Below are positions 8,968-19,378 of a DNA stretch of 42,859 nucleotides, in pieces (within the stretch, counting starts at the first letter, position 1; the number at the start of each line of letters is the position of its first letter). Source of the DNA: Minisyncoccota bacterium (lineage in GTDB: Bacteria > Patescibacteriota > Minisyncoccia > UBA6257 > JAAZHW01); assembly GCA_035369485.1 (NCBI GenBank), contig DAOSMC010000002.1:1-42859 (forward strand), read 5' to 3'. Position numbers and translations under genes: made by a program. The notes beneath the pieces are model-generated. The model made no database searches. It saw nothing but the letters and a program-made list of their open reading frames with translations, and was not told the origin of the DNA.

Positions 8968-9131
8968 AAAGAAAATCTTTATAAAGGGGTGGTTCCAACT
9001 ATTTAAATAATTTCTAATTGCAGTGAGGCCAATTTTTCATAATAAAAACATCTAGATCATTTAACCCGTGTATAGGGCTTTCATTTCGTATCACTCCTCT
9101 TTATAAAATTTATTAATTTTTTATCATTTTT

Positions 9132-12100
9132 ATGCCTAATCAAAAAATCTTTTCTCACTTTCCTCGTTCTCTTCAAACGTTGGAATATCTTCCTCATTTG
9201 GCAGATATCCAGATAAAATCTTACGAGTGGTTTTTAAAAGAAGGTCTGAGGGAACTTTTTGATGAAATTTCTCCGGTAAAAGATTATACAGGTAAAGATT
9301 TGGAATTATATTTTGAAGATTATTATTTTGATGAGCCTAAATTTAATGAAATTGAAAGTCAAGAGAAGAATTTGACTTATGAAGCCGCTCTTCGGCTGAA
9401 ATTAAAATTGATTAATAATAAAACCAACGAGAAAAAAAATCAGGAGGTATATTTTGGAGAAATTCCGATGATGACAAGTCGAGGGACTTTTATTATAAAT
9501 GGCGTGGAGCGAACGGTTATTTCTCAATTAATTCGTTCTAGTGGTTTGTATTTAACAGCAATTCAAAGCAGAGGGAGAAAATTGTTTGGAGCCAAAATTA
9601 TTCCTAATCGAGGAGCTTGGTTGGAGTTTGAAACTGATCTTGATTCAGTCATTTATGTTAAAATTGATCGCAAAAGAAAAGTGCCAGTGACTTGTTTATT
9701 ACGTCTTTTTGGATTGGAAAACAAAGAGAGTATTTTGAAGACTTTTGCCAATGTTGATACTGGTGAAATTAAATATATTGAAAAAACTTTAGCCAAAGAT
9801 GTTGCTACCACGCGCAGTGAAGCGCTAGTAGAAATTTATAAACGCATTAGACCGGGTGATTTAGCTACGCCAGAGAATGCGCGAGGTTTGATTGAAGGAA
9901 TGTTTTTTCGAGAAGATCGATATGATTTGGGTGAGGTGGGAAGATTTAAATTAAATCAAAGGCTCAATCGAGCATCCAAAGAAGCAGACACAAAGAGTCG
10001 GCTGCTTTCGCTTGATGATCTGATTGACGTGGTTAAATTGATCATTAGCTCTAATAATAATGAAGCGGCTGAGCCAGATGATATTGATCATTTGAGCAAT
10101 CGTCGTGTTAGGGCGGTAGGCGAGTTATTACAAAATCGATTGCGTGTTGGGATTATGAGAATGCGCCGAACTATTCAAGATCGAATGTCTACATTAGATA
10201 TTTATAGTTTGGTACCGGCGCAATTGATTAATGCTCGGCAAATGATGGCAATCATTTGGGAGTTTTTTAGTACTTCTCAACTATCTCAATTTTTAGCCCA
10301 AGAAAATCCTTTAGCTGAATTAGAACATAAGCGGCGTTTGTCGGCAATGGGGCCGGGTGGTTTACACCGGAAGCGAGCCGGCTTTGAAGTGCGCGATGTT
10401 CATCCTACTCATTATGGAAGAATTTGCCCCATTCAAACGCCCGAAGGAGCTAATGTGGGTCTAGTAACTTATTTATCTAGCTTTGCGCGTTTAAATCGTT
10501 TGGGATTTATTGAAACGCCTTATTTTCGTGTCAAAAAAGGACAAGTAACAGATGAAGTGGTTTACCTCGATGCTTATGAAGAAGAAAAATATTATATTGC
10601 TCATTCAAATATTAATATAGATAATAAAGGGAAAATCATTGACGATATTGTAGAAGCGCGATATAAGGGTGAACCGGGATTTTATCCGCGAGAAGATATC
10701 AATTTTATTGATATTTCACCTTTTCAACTTTTGAGTGTTGCTACTTCTTTAATTCCATTTTTGGAGCATGATGATGCTAATCGAGCTCAAATGGGATCTA
10801 ACATGCAAAGGCAGGCAGTTTCGTATATGTCGAGCGAAGCGCCTTTAGTAGGAACCGGGTTGGAAATGAAGGCCGCTCATGATTCAGGGCATGTTTTAGT
10901 AAGCGATGTTGAAGGCGAGGTTGTTGAAGTAGATGGCGCTCATATCAAAATTAAAATTAAAGGAACCAGTAATTTTAAAAATTATCGTTTGCGTAATTTT
11001 ATTCGAGCTAATCAGTATACTTGTATTTCTCAAAGACCGATTGTCACTAAAGGACAAAAAATTAAAAAAGGAGATGTTTTAGCTGATAGTTTACAAACAA
11101 AAAATGGCAAGCTCGCTTTGGGCAAAAATTTACTTGTCGCTTTTGTTTCGTGGGGCGGCGCCAATTACGAAGATGCGGTTATTTTATCCGAGCGAGTAGT
11201 TCGCGACGATTTGTTTACATCAATTCATATTGAAGATTTTGTTTGCGATGTTCGAGAAACTAAATTAGGGCCTGAGATGACTACGCTAGATATTCCGAAT
11301 GTTTCTCTAGAGAAATTAAAGGACTTGGATGAGGAAGGTATTGTAAGAATTGGAGCTGAAGTGAAAAGCGGCGATATTTTAGTAGGGAAAATTTCTCCTA
11401 AAGGCGAAGGTGATTTAACTTCCGAAGAAAGATTATTGAGAGCTATTTTTGGAGAAAAGGCACGTGATATTAAGGACACTTCTTTGATTTTAAAACATGG
11501 CAAGCGAGGTCGAGTTGTTGGTATTAGAATTTTTTCGCGCGAGCGAGGCGATAAATTAGAGCCAGGAATTATTAAAAGAATTCAAATTGATGTTGCTCAA
11601 CGTCGATTAATTATGGCCGGTGATAAATTAGCTGGTCGTCATGGCAACAAAGGAGTAATTTCAAAAATTGTGCCCGAGGAAAATATGCCCTACTTAGCTG
11701 ACGGAACACCGGTGGATATTATTTTGAATCCACTAGGCGTAGCTTCGCGTATGAATTTAGGTCAAATTTTGGAAACTCATTTAGGTTGGGCGGCTCATAA
11801 ACTAGGATATCAAGCAATTGTTCCGGTTTTTAGCGGCACAACAGAGGAAGATATCAAAAACGAATTTAAAGCGGCTGGTTTACCGGAAAATGGGAAAGCC
11901 ACATTGTATGATGGTCGGACTGGAGAGCCGTTTAGTGAACCAATTATGGTAGGTTATATTTATATGATGAAACTGGTGCATATGGTAGAAGATAAAATTC
12001 ACATGCGATCCATTGGGCCTTATTCTTTGATTACGCAACAGCCTTTGGGTGGAAAAGCTCAATTGGGTGGTCAACGTTTTGGAGAAATGGAGGTGTGGGC

Positions 12101-12431
12101 ACTTGAAGGATATGGAGCGGCTTATGCCTTGCAAGAAATGCTCACAATTAAATCAGATGATATCAGAGGAAGAATTGCTGCTTATGAGGCTATTGTTCGT
12201 GGCCAAGATTTTAAAAGTCCGAATATCCCAGCTTCTTTTCATGTGCTTGTGAGTGAATTAAAAAGTTTAGCTTTAAATGTTGAGTTAATTGGCGTTAAGG
12301 GCAAAGTGCATGCATTGGATGAGTCAGAGGAAGGAAAATTATTTGCAGAAGCGATGGTTGATAACAAATATCTAACTGAAAATAATCAAAATTCGAAACA
12401 AGGTCAAGATAATCAAAATCCAGCAAATTAA
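9132..12431 (+). CDS. rpoB: DNA-directed RNA polymerase subunit beta
   Basis: 1099 aa. RRLSAMGPGGL, NMQRQAV, GDKLAGRHGNKGVISKI, GGQRFGEMEVWALE. Q/N-rich C-terminal tail. Confidence 0.97.
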   Translation: MPNQKIFSHFPRSLQTLEYLPHLADIQIKSYEWFLKEGLRELFDEISPVKDYTGKDLELYFEDYYFDEPKFNEIESQEKNLTYEAALRLKLKLINNKTNEKKNQEVYFGEIPMMTSRGTFIINGVERTVISQLIRSSGLYLTAIQSRGRKLFGAKIIPNRGAWLEFETDLDSVIYVKIDRKRKVPVTCLLRLFGLENKESILKTFANVDTGEIKYIEKTLAKDVATTRSEALVEIYKRIRPGDLATPENARGLIEGMFFREDRYDLGEVGRFKLNQRLNRASKEADTKSRLLSLDDLIDVVKLIISSNNNEAAEPDDIDHLSNRRVRAVGELLQNRLRVGIMRMRRTIQDRMSTLDIYSLVPAQLINARQMMAIIWEFFSTSQLSQFLAQENPLAELEHKRRLSAMGPGGLHRKRAGFEVRDVHPTHYGRICPIQTPEGANVGLVTYLSSFARLNRLGFIETPYFRVKKGQVTDEVVYLDAYEEEKYYIAHSNINIDNKGKIIDDIVEARYKGEPGFYPREDINFIDISPFQLLSVATSLIPFLEHDDANRAQMGSNMQRQAVSYMSSEAPLVGTGLEMKAAHDSGHVLVSDVEGEVVEVDGAHIKIKIKGTSNFKNYRLRNFIRANQYTCISQRPIVTKGQKIKKGDVLADSLQTKNGKLALGKNLLVAFVSWGGANYEDAVILSERVVRDDLFTSIHIEDFVCDVRETKLGPEMTTLDIPNVSLEKLKDLDEEGIVRIGAEVKSGDILVGKISPKGEGDLTSEERLLRAIFGEKARDIKDTSLILKHGKRGRVVGIRIFSRERGDKLEPGIIKRIQIDVAQRRLIMAGDKLAGRHGNKGVISKIVPEENMPYLADGTPVDIILNPLGVASRMNLGQILETHLGWAAHKLGYQAIVPVFSGTTEEDIKNEFKAAGLPENGKATLYDGRTGEPFSEPIMVGYIYMMKLVHMVEDKIHMRSIGPYSLITQQPLGGKAQLGGQRFGEMEVWALEGYGAAYALQEMLTIKSDDIRGRIAAYEAIVRGQDFKSPNIPASFHVLVSELKSLALNVELIGVKGKVHALDESEEGKLFAEAMVDNKYLTENNQNSKQGQDNQNPAN

Positions 12432-12432
12432 T

Positions 12433-15400
12433 ATGTTGCCAGAAGATTTCTATGCTATTAAATTAAAATTGGCTTCCCCGAAAGAAATTCTTTCTTGGAG
12501 TCATGGAGAAGTAACGAAGCCCGAAACGATAAATTATCGGACGCAAAGAGCAGAAAAAGATGGTCTCTTTTCTGAAAGAATTTTTGGCCCTACAAAGGAT
12601 TGGGAATGCTATTGTGGTAAATATAAGAGAATTAGGTATAAGGGCGTAGTTTGTGATAAGTGCGGCGTTGAAGTAACGCGTTCGAGTGTCCGTCGAGAAA
12701 GAATGGGGCATATTGCTTTAGCTTGTCCTGTTGCTCATACATGGTTTTTAAGAAGCATTCCTTCTCAAATAGCTCTCTTTTTGGGCGTTAGCCAACAACA
12801 ATTAGAACGAGTGATTTATTATACTGCTTATATCATTACCAAGATTAATAATGAAGAAAAGAAAAAGATTCAGGCTGAATTGCAAGAAGAGTACAATGCC
12901 AAAAGAAAGAAAACGGATAAGATTAATATGCTGGACACTTTATATCATCACCATATAAATGAATTGAATAGCCTTGAGCCGCTTAAAATTATTCCAGAGA
13001 CAGAATATTTAGAACTCAGTAAACGGTATGGTCATATTTTTGAAGCCGGCATAGGGAGTGAGCCGATAGTTAAACTATTAGAGCAAATCGATTTAAAAAA
13101 GAAAGAAAGAGAATTAGTTAAAGCCTTTAAAACTCAAAAAGGAGATAAGAAAAAGATCCTTCTTCAATTAAAACTAGTGAAGTCATTTTTGAAAAATAAT
13201 TTACGACCGGAATGGATGTTTTTAACAATTATTCCAGTTTTACCTCCGGATTTAAGACCAATGGTAGCGCTTGATGGCGGACGATATGCCACTTCAGATT
13301 TGAATGATTTGTATCGCCGTGTCATCAATCGTAATAATCGATTAAAAAAACTAATTGAATTAAATGCTCCCGAAGTAATTATTCGCAACGAAAAAAGAAT
13401 GCTCCAAGAAGCAGTGGATGCTTTAATTGATAATGGAGCTCGTAAAACTCAAATTCAATCCAGCGCTCAAAAGAGACCTCTTAAATCTTTGTCTGATATT
13501 CTCCAGGGAAAACAGGGGCGTTTTCGACAGAATCTTTTAGGTAAACGAGTAGATTATTCTGGTCGTTCTGTTATTGCTGTTGGCCCTGAATTAAAACACT
13601 ATGAATGTGGTATTCCCAAAACAATGGCTTTGGAATTATTTAGACCTTTTGTTGTAAATAAACTTTTAGAAAGGGGATTGGTTTTTAATATTCGTAATGC
13701 TAACCGGCTAATCGATCAAGGACCAGCCGAGGTGTGGGCTATTTTAGAGGAAGTAATCAAGGATCGCTATGTGCTATTGAATCGAGCGCCAACTCTTCAT
13801 CGTTTGGGCATTCAGGCCTTTAAACCGGTTTTAATCGAAGATTTAGCAATTCGTATTCCGCCAATGGTTTGCACGGCTTTTAATGCTGATTTTGATGGCG
13901 ATCAGATGGCGGTCCATCTGCCCCTAACGCAAGAAGCACAAAAAGAAGCAAAAGAGATGATGATTTCTTCACGTAATTTTTTGAAACCAGCCAACGGCGA
14001 ACCCATTGTTAATCCCACCAAAGATATTATTTTAGGATGTTATTATCTTACTAAAATTTGGGATAATCGAAAGGGAGAAGGCAAAATATTTTCTTCACCA
14101 GAAGAAGCAATGTTGGCTTATGAAAATAAAATTATTGATTTGAAGGCGCGGATTAAAATAAGACCTTACAAAGAGCATTACTTAAAACAGATGGGAGGTG
14201 TGTTGGTGGTAGAAAAATACGAAAATCCCAATACTTTGATTGATATTTCTGTAGGTAGAATTATATTTAATGAAATTTTTCCAAAGGACTTTCCTCTTGT
14301 AACTGCTGTTGTAGAAAAGAAGTTTATTAGTCAGTTAACGGATTTTATAATTAAATATTTTGAAAGCGATAAAGTAATTGAAGTGATGGATAAAATTAAA
14401 GAGATAGGATTTAATTATGCCACTCGATCAGGTATTACTTGGTCGATGTCTGATTTGGTTATACCTGCAGAAAAAAAAGAAATAATAGATGAAGCTCGCA
14501 AAGAAATTAATCAGATTGAGCAACAATTTAATCAAGCGCTGCTTTCTAAAGAAGAAAAGAGAGTTCATGCAATAAAGGCGTGGGAAAATAGCATTTCCAA
14601 AATCTCAAAGAATATTTCAAAGGTTCTTCCGCCGGATAATGCCGTTTTTCAAATTTTTGATTCAGGTAGTCGTGGTTCCTGGGGGCAATTAAGTCAGATG
14701 ATGGGAATGAAAGGATTAGTACAAAATCCTAAAGGTGAAATTATCGAATTACCAATTTTATCATCTTACAAAGAGGGTCTAACAGTGTTGGAATATTTTA
14801 TTGCTAGCCATGGAGCTCGCAAAGGTTCGAGTGATACAGCTTTAAAGACGGCTAATGCAGGATATCTAACACGACGTTTGATTGATGCCGCTCAAGACCT
14901 CATCATTATTGAAGAAGATTGCGGGACTACAAGTGGTATTACAGTTTACCGCGATGACGGAGCAGAATATGGTCATCATTTTAGCTCTAAAATTGTAGGA
15001 CGAACAAGTTTAGAGGATATTAAGATAAAAAACAAATTAATAGTTAAAGCAAACGAAATTATTAATGCTGAAGCGGCTGAATTAATTGAGGAATCAACGA
15101 TCCAGCAAATTAAAATTCGTTCACCGATTACCTGTAAAACATTGTGGGGAGTTTGCTCTAAATGCTATGGTAATGATTTGGCTTATAATACTCCGGTCAC
15201 ATTAGGGACGCCTATTGGTATTGTGGCTGCTCAATCTATCGGAGAACCAGGAACTCAATTAACTTTAAGGACATTTCATACCGGAGGCGTGGCGGGACAG
15301 GATATTACTCATGGTTTGCCTCGTATTGAAGAATTATTTGAATGTCGTATTCCTCGCAATAAGGCAGTTATTAGCGAGGTGAATGGCACAGTAGTGAAAA

Positions 15401-16098
15401 TAGAGGAAAGGGATAAAGATATAGCCATTCAAATTAAGCCGGATCTGATTCGAAAAGAACATAGCAAGAAAGATAAGAAAGATGCGAAAACAAAAGAGAT
15501 TGGGTTAGAAGAATATTTAATTCCGAGAACTAAGAGAATTTTAGTAAACGAAGGAGATAAAGTAGTCGTTGGTCAAAAATTAAGTTTCGGCGATATTGAT
15601 TTAAAGGAATTATTAAGAGTAACGGATCGTTATACGGTTGAGCGATATATCTTAAACGAAATTCAGAGAATTTATGTTTCCGAAGGTGTTTCTATAAACA
15701 ATAAACATATTGAAATTATGATTCGTCAGATGTTTGATAAAGTAAAAATTAAAAATCCAGGTGATAGTGATTTTTTGGTTGGTGATGTAGTTTCTAAGTC
15801 AAGATTTTTGGAAGAAAACAAAAAATTGAAAAGTAAAGGCAAAAAGCCAGCTCGAGCGATTCAATTGTTTTTGGGTATTACGCGGTCGGCTTTGTTTAGT
15901 GAAAGCTTTTTGGCGGCAGCTTCTTTCCAGGAAACGCGGCGCGTATTAGTAAAAGCAGCGATTGAAGGAAGAGTGGATTATTTACGTGGTCTAAAGGAGA
16001 ATGTTATTATAGGCAGATTAGTACCAGTGGGAACCGGTTATCGTAAACGACTTGAAGAAAAGGAAAAAGAAGAAAAAAGTAAAAAGAAAGAAAATTAA
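12433..16098 (+). CDS. rpoC: DNA-directed RNA polymerase subunit beta'
   Basis: 1221 aa. Zn finger [23 protein letters not shown], catalytic [12 protein letters not shown]. The ATG lies 1 nt after the rpoB stop. Confidence 0.97.
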   Translation: MLPEDFYAIKLKLASPKEILSWSHGEVTKPETINYRTQRAEKDGLFSERIFGPTKDWECYCGKYKRIRYKGVVCDKCGVEVTRSSVRRERMGHIALACPVAHTWFLRSIPSQIALFLGVSQQQLERVIYYTAYIITKINNEEKKKIQAELQEEYNAKRKKTDKINMLDTLYHHHINELNSLEPLKIIPETEYLELSKRYGHIFEAGIGSEPIVKLLEQIDLKKKERELVKAFKTQKGDKKKILLQLKLVKSFLKNNLRPEWMFLTIIPVLPPDLRPMVALDGGRYATSDLNDLYRRVINRNNRLKKLIELNAPEVIIRNEKRMLQEAVDALIDNGARKTQIQSSAQKRPLKSLSDILQGKQGRFRQNLLGKRVDYSGRSVIAVGPELKHYECGIPKTMALELFRPFVVNKLLERGLVFNIRNANRLIDQGPAEVWAILEEVIKDRYVLLNRAPTLHRLGIQAFKPVLIEDLAIRIPPMVCTAFNADFDGDQMAVHLPLTQEAQKEAKEMMISSRNFLKPANGEPIVNPTKDIILGCYYLTKIWDNRKGEGKIFSSPEEAMLAYENKIIDLKARIKIRPYKEHYLKQMGGVLVVEKYENPNTLIDISVGRIIFNEIFPKDFPLVTAVVEKKFISQLTDFIIKYFESDKVIEVMDKIKEIGFNYATRSGITWSMSDLVIPAEKKEIIDEARKEINQIEQQFNQALLSKEEKRVHAIKAWENSISKISKNISKVLPPDNAVFQIFDSGSRGSWGQLSQMMGMKGLVQNPKGEIIELPILSSYKEGLTVLEYFIASHGARKGSSDTALKTANAGYLTRRLIDAAQDLIIIEEDCGTTSGITVYRDDGAEYGHHFSSKIVGRTSLEDIKIKNKLIVKANEIINAEAAELIEESTIQQIKIRSPITCKTLWGVCSKCYGNDLAYNTPVTLGTPIGIVAAQSIGEPGTQLTLRTFHTGGVAGQDITHGLPRIEELFECRIPRNKAVISEVNGTVVKIEERDKDIAIQIKPDLIRKEHSKKDKKDAKTKEIGLEEYLIPRTKRILVNEGDKVVVGQKLSFGDIDLKELLRVTDRYTVERYILNEIQRIYVSEGVSINNKHIEIMIRQMFDKVKIKNPGDSDFLVGDVVSKSRFLEENKKLKSKGKKPARAIQLFLGITRSALFSESFLAAASFQETRRVLVKAAIEGRVDYLRGLKENVIIGRLVPVGTGYRKRLEEKEKEEKSKKKEN

Positions 16099-16130
16099 AA
16101 AATCAACCGCTTTTAAGCGGTTGATTTTTT
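16097..16130. terminator. bidirectional intrinsic terminator between convergent rpoC and pnp
   Basis: AAAAAATCAACCGC-TTTTAA-GCGGTTGATTTTTT: a 14-bp perfect stem flanked by A and T runs. Confidence 0.8.
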
Positions 16131-16139
16131 AATATTTAT

Positions 16140-18371
16140 CTAATTTCTGCGGCGAGGTCGACTTCCTGGTTGATTACGACGATCGTGACGATAGGAGGAT
16201 TGTCCGCGACGAGTTGAATGTTGTTCAGAGGATTTTTCGTGTAAAACTTGATTGGCGCGCGAATCAGCTGATGTTGATGGTTGGAGAGCTTTAAGCGAAA
16301 GATTAATACGACCTGTTGTCTCGTCAATTTTTATAATTTTTAAAGTTAAAATCTGCCCTACTTTTAGTACATCTTCAACTTTATCAATTCGTCGATTAGC
16401 AATTTCTGAGATGTGCAGTAGTCCATCTCGATTATATCCAAGATCGATAATAGCACCGAAATCAAGAATTCGACTAACAGTACCAGTAACGACCTCACCT
16501 TCTTTAAATTCATAAGTGAGGCCTTTAATAATTTCTATTGCTTGTTGGCCAGATTCGTCTGTGGGTGCGGTAATAAAAACCTGACCATCTTCGTCAATGT
16601 CAATTTCTACACCCGTACGCTTGATAATGTCATTAATAGTTTTTCCGCCTGATCCAATAATGTTTCCGATTTTATCAGGATTAACTTGCAATGTGAATAT
16701 TTTAGGCGCATGAGGAGAGAGTGAGGGACGAGGTTTTTCAATAATTTCGGCTATTTTCTGAAGAATTTGAAGACGGGCCTTTTTGGCTCTAATTAATGTT
16801 TCTTCTAAAATTTGAAGTGTAATGCCAGTAATTTTAACATCCATTTGTATTCCGGTAATGCCTTCCGTGGTGCCGGCTACTTTAAAATCCATATCACCAT
16901 AATGATCTTCTGGTCCTTGGATATCGGTAAGGATTTTATAATGCGATTCATTATCAAGCATCAAACCCATTGCAATGCCAGCAACAGGTCTTCTAATAGG
17001 CACTCCGGCATCCATTAAAGCCAAAGATGATCCGCAAACCGAAGCCATAGAAGAGGATCCGTTAGATGATAAAATTTCTGAAACTATTCTAATGGCGTAA
17101 GGAAACTCATTTTTATTAGGAATAATAGGATATAATGATTTTTCCGCTAAAGCACCATGTCCAATTTCTCTTCGCCCAGGGCCACGCATTGAAGAAATTT
17201 CACCAACCGAATAAGGGGGGAAATTGTAATGATGAATAAATCGTTTGGTATCGCATGTTTCGATGGTTTCAATCGTTAATGCATGAGAAGGAGCGGCTAG
17301 AGTAACAATGGATAAAGCCTGGGTGGATCCTCGCATAAAAAAACCTGATCCATGGACGCGAGGAATTAACCCAATTTCACAATAAAGAGGTCTAATCTCA
17401 TCTAAAGCACGGCTATCTGGTCTTTTTTCTTTTTCAAGAATATTTTTATGAACTAAAGCATCGATTTCTTCTTCTAGAACTACAAAGGCTTCACTGATAG
17501 CATTAGCATCAAAATTTTCGCTTTTCAATTTTTCTTCCAAGTTCTTTTTAAGCTCGTTTAATTTAGAAACTCGTCCTATCTTAACAGGTGTATAAATCGC
17601 ATCTTCTAATTTATCTTGTATGAATTCTTTGGTTTTGGTACGGATGTCGGGATTAATTTGTTTCAGTACAATATCAGTTTTTGGTTTAGCCAGTTGAGAA
17701 ATAATTTCTGATTGGAATTTTTGGAGTTTTTCAATTTCAATCAAAGCTAATTGAGTGGCTTGAACAATTTTTTCTTCCGGCACTTCGTCGCCGCCTGCTT
17801 CAAGCATGGTAATTTTGTTATCAGCACTGCTTAAAAAGAAGTCAAGTTGACCGCTGTTTCTGTCTTGGTAAGTAGGGTTCACTTTAAATTCATTATTAAC
17901 TAAACCAATTCGGATAGCCGAGATTGGCCCACTCCAAGGAATGTCTGAGGTGGCGAGAGCGAGCGAAGCGCCAATAAGAGCAGGAAAATCCGGATCATTA
18001 TCTGCATCAATAGATAAAACCGTAGCTACGACTTGTACCTCTCGTCGCATGTTTTGATTGAAGAGTGGTCTGATGGAACGATCAATGAGGCGAGCCGTTA
18101 AGATTGCTCCTTCAGAAGGCCTGCCTTCACGTCGAACAAAGCGGCTGCCTAAAATCTTTCCAGCTGCATAAAAACGTTCTTCATAGTCAACAACCAAAGG
18201 GAAGAAATCATTCTCGAGACGATCAGTCTTTCCCATTGTTGCTGTTATGAGAACTGTTGTTTCTCCGTATTGAACTAAAACGGAGCCATTAGCTTGTTGA
18301 GCAAGAGGGGTAAATTTTACAGTAAGAATTCGCCCTCCTACATCTAATGAAAAAACTTTTTCATCTAACAT
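16140..18371 (-). CDS. pnp: polynucleotide phosphorylase
   Basis: 743 aa with two RNase PH domains (FMRGSTQAL, GSSSMASVCG) followed by KH and S1 regions. About 45-aa Arg/Ser-rich C-terminal tail. Confidence 0.95.
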   Translation of the reverse strand: MLDEKVFSLDVGGRILTVKFTPLAQQANGSVLVQYGETTVLITATMGKTDRLENDFFPLVVDYEERFYAAGKILGSRFVRREGRPSEGAILTARLIDRSIRPLFNQNMRREVQVVATVLSIDADNDPDFPALIGASLALATSDIPWSGPISAIRIGLVNNEFKVNPTYQDRNSGQLDFFLSSADNKITMLEAGGDEVPEEKIVQATQLALIEIEKLQKFQSEIISQLAKPKTDIVLKQINPDIRTKTKEFIQDKLEDAIYTPVKIGRVSKLNELKKNLEEKLKSENFDANAISEAFVVLEEEIDALVHKNILEKEKRPDSRALDEIRPLYCEIGLIPRVHGSGFFMRGSTQALSIVTLAAPSHALTIETIETCDTKRFIHHYNFPPYSVGEISSMRGPGRREIGHGALAEKSLYPIIPNKNEFPYAIRIVSEILSSNGSSSMASVCGSSLALMDAGVPIRRPVAGIAMGLMLDNESHYKILTDIQGPEDHYGDMDFKVAGTTEGITGIQMDVKITGITLQILEETLIRAKKARLQILQKIAEIIEKPRPSLSPHAPKIFTLQVNPDKIGNIIGSGGKTINDIIKRTGVEIDIDEDGQVFITAPTDESGQQAIEIIKGLTYEFKEGEVVTGTVSRILDFGAIIDLGYNRDGLLHISEIANRRIDKVEDVLKVGQILTLKIIKIDETTGRINLSLKALQPSTSADSRANQVLHEKSSEQHSTRRGQSSYRHDRRNQPGSRPRRRN

Positions 18372-18381
18372 AATGAAAATT

Positions 18382-18459
18382 CCAGAAACAATTTTTATTT
18401 AGTGCAGAAGAGAAAATTTTTAGGGAAAAACACTCTCTTCTGCTCTAAATTGCTTCTGG
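18382..18459 (-). promoter_or_regulatory. long two-tier stem-loop in the pnp 5' leader
   Basis: On the minus-strand RNA there is an outer 13-bp helix (18382-18394 with 18447-18459; the single mismatch is a G-U on the mRNA strand). The inner helix is a perfect 10 bp, GCAGAAGAGA/TCTCTTCTGC (18404-18413 with 18434-18443). The structure ends 10 nt before the pnp AUG. Confidence 0.55.
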
Positions 18460-18485
18460 GAAAAATTTTCAAGAAGTCTTTGAAA

Positions 18486-19028
18486 TTATCGCTGAAATCT
18501 TGATTTTGATTTTTTTATTAAGGGACTTTTAATAAGAAACTTCTGAGGATTTTGTTCGAGATCCACAAATTCATCAGCAATTTCCTTTAATTTAGCAGAA
18601 GCACTGCGTCCAAAAGCCACAACTTCAACTGGTTTGCCCAGTGCTTGAAGATATTCGACAAGAGGAATAAAATCACCGTCACCTGTTACTAAAATAATGC
18701 CATCTATATTTGGAGCTAGGCGAATGGCATCGACAGCAAGCCCTACATCCCAATCAGCTTTTTTCAAACCATCGGGATAAACCTGCAATTCTTTCATTCT
18801 GAGTTCAATGCCCATCCTTTCGAGAGCTTCAAAAAAAGAAGATTCACCTTCGACGGCGTCACTTTTAACCACATAAGCAATAGCTCTTACCAATTTGCGA
18901 TTAGCAGTAGCCGCTTTTAATACTTCGTAAAAATCTACTCGAGCATGATAAAGATTTTTGGCGGAATGATAAAGATTCTGAATGTCAAAAAAAATTGCTA
19001 CGCGTTGATCTTTATATTTGATAATCAT
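18486..19028 (-). CDS. NYN-domain (LabA/DUF88-like) predicted ribonuclease
   Basis: 180 aa. VAIFFDIQNLYHSAK, then ILVTGDGDFIPLVEYL, characteristic of NYN/LabA-type PIN-like nucleases. Confidence 0.7.
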   Translation of the reverse strand: MIIKYKDQRVAIFFDIQNLYHSAKNLYHARVDFYEVLKAATANRKLVRAIAYVVKSDAVEGESSFFEALERMGIELRMKELQVYPDGLKKADWDVGLAVDAIRLAPNIDGIILVTGDGDFIPLVEYLQALGKPVEVVAFGRSASAKLKEIADEFVDLEQNPQKFLIKSPLIKKSKSRFQR

Positions 19029-19039
19029 AAACTAATAAA

Positions 19040-19303
19040 CTATTTTAGATTTAGAGATCGGGTTAACTTCTCATAACGAGTAGGAGACTCATTTTTAAGA
19101 GCGTTAAGAAGTTTTTTCCTCTTGGAAACCATTTTCAAAAGACCGCGACGCGAACTATTGTCTTTGGAATGTTTCTTTAAATGTTCAGACAATTTATCAA
19201 TCTGTTTTGTTAGTAAAGCAACCTGGACTTCGGTTGAACCAGTATCTTTTTCATGTTGGCGATGTTTACTAACGATTTTTGATTTTTCTTCCTTCTTTAA
19301 CAT
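19040..19303 (-). CDS. rpsO: 30S ribosomal protein S15
   Basis: 87 aa. GSTEVQVALLTKQIDKLSEHLKKHSKDNSSRRGLLKMVSKRKKLL. Confidence 0.95.
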   Translation of the reverse strand: MLKKEEKSKIVSKHRQHEKDTGSTEVQVALLTKQIDKLSEHLKKHSKDNSSRRGLLKMVSKRKKLLNALKNESPTRYEKLTRSLNLK

Positions 19304-19315
19304 ATTATTAAAAGT

Positions 19316-19344
19316 AATATATCACAATAATTTGAATTTTGCAA
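19316..19344 (-). promoter_or_regulatory. candidate promoter of the rpsO-NYN-pnp operon
   Basis: On the minus strand: TTGCAA (19339-19344), 17-nt spacer, extended -10 TGaTATATT ending at 19316. Only 12 nt separate it from the rpsO ATG. Confidence 0.5.
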
Positions 19345-19378
19345 GAAGGAATATAATGTTATAATAAGAGAGAAGTTT

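Noticed and set aside
19345-19372. Possible dif site next to the Xer recombinase gene (AATATAATGTTATAATAAG)
   Set aside because: Only the A/T-rich central part resembles dif. The flanking XerC/XerD arm sequences do not match, and the region is better explained as overlapping -10 boxes.
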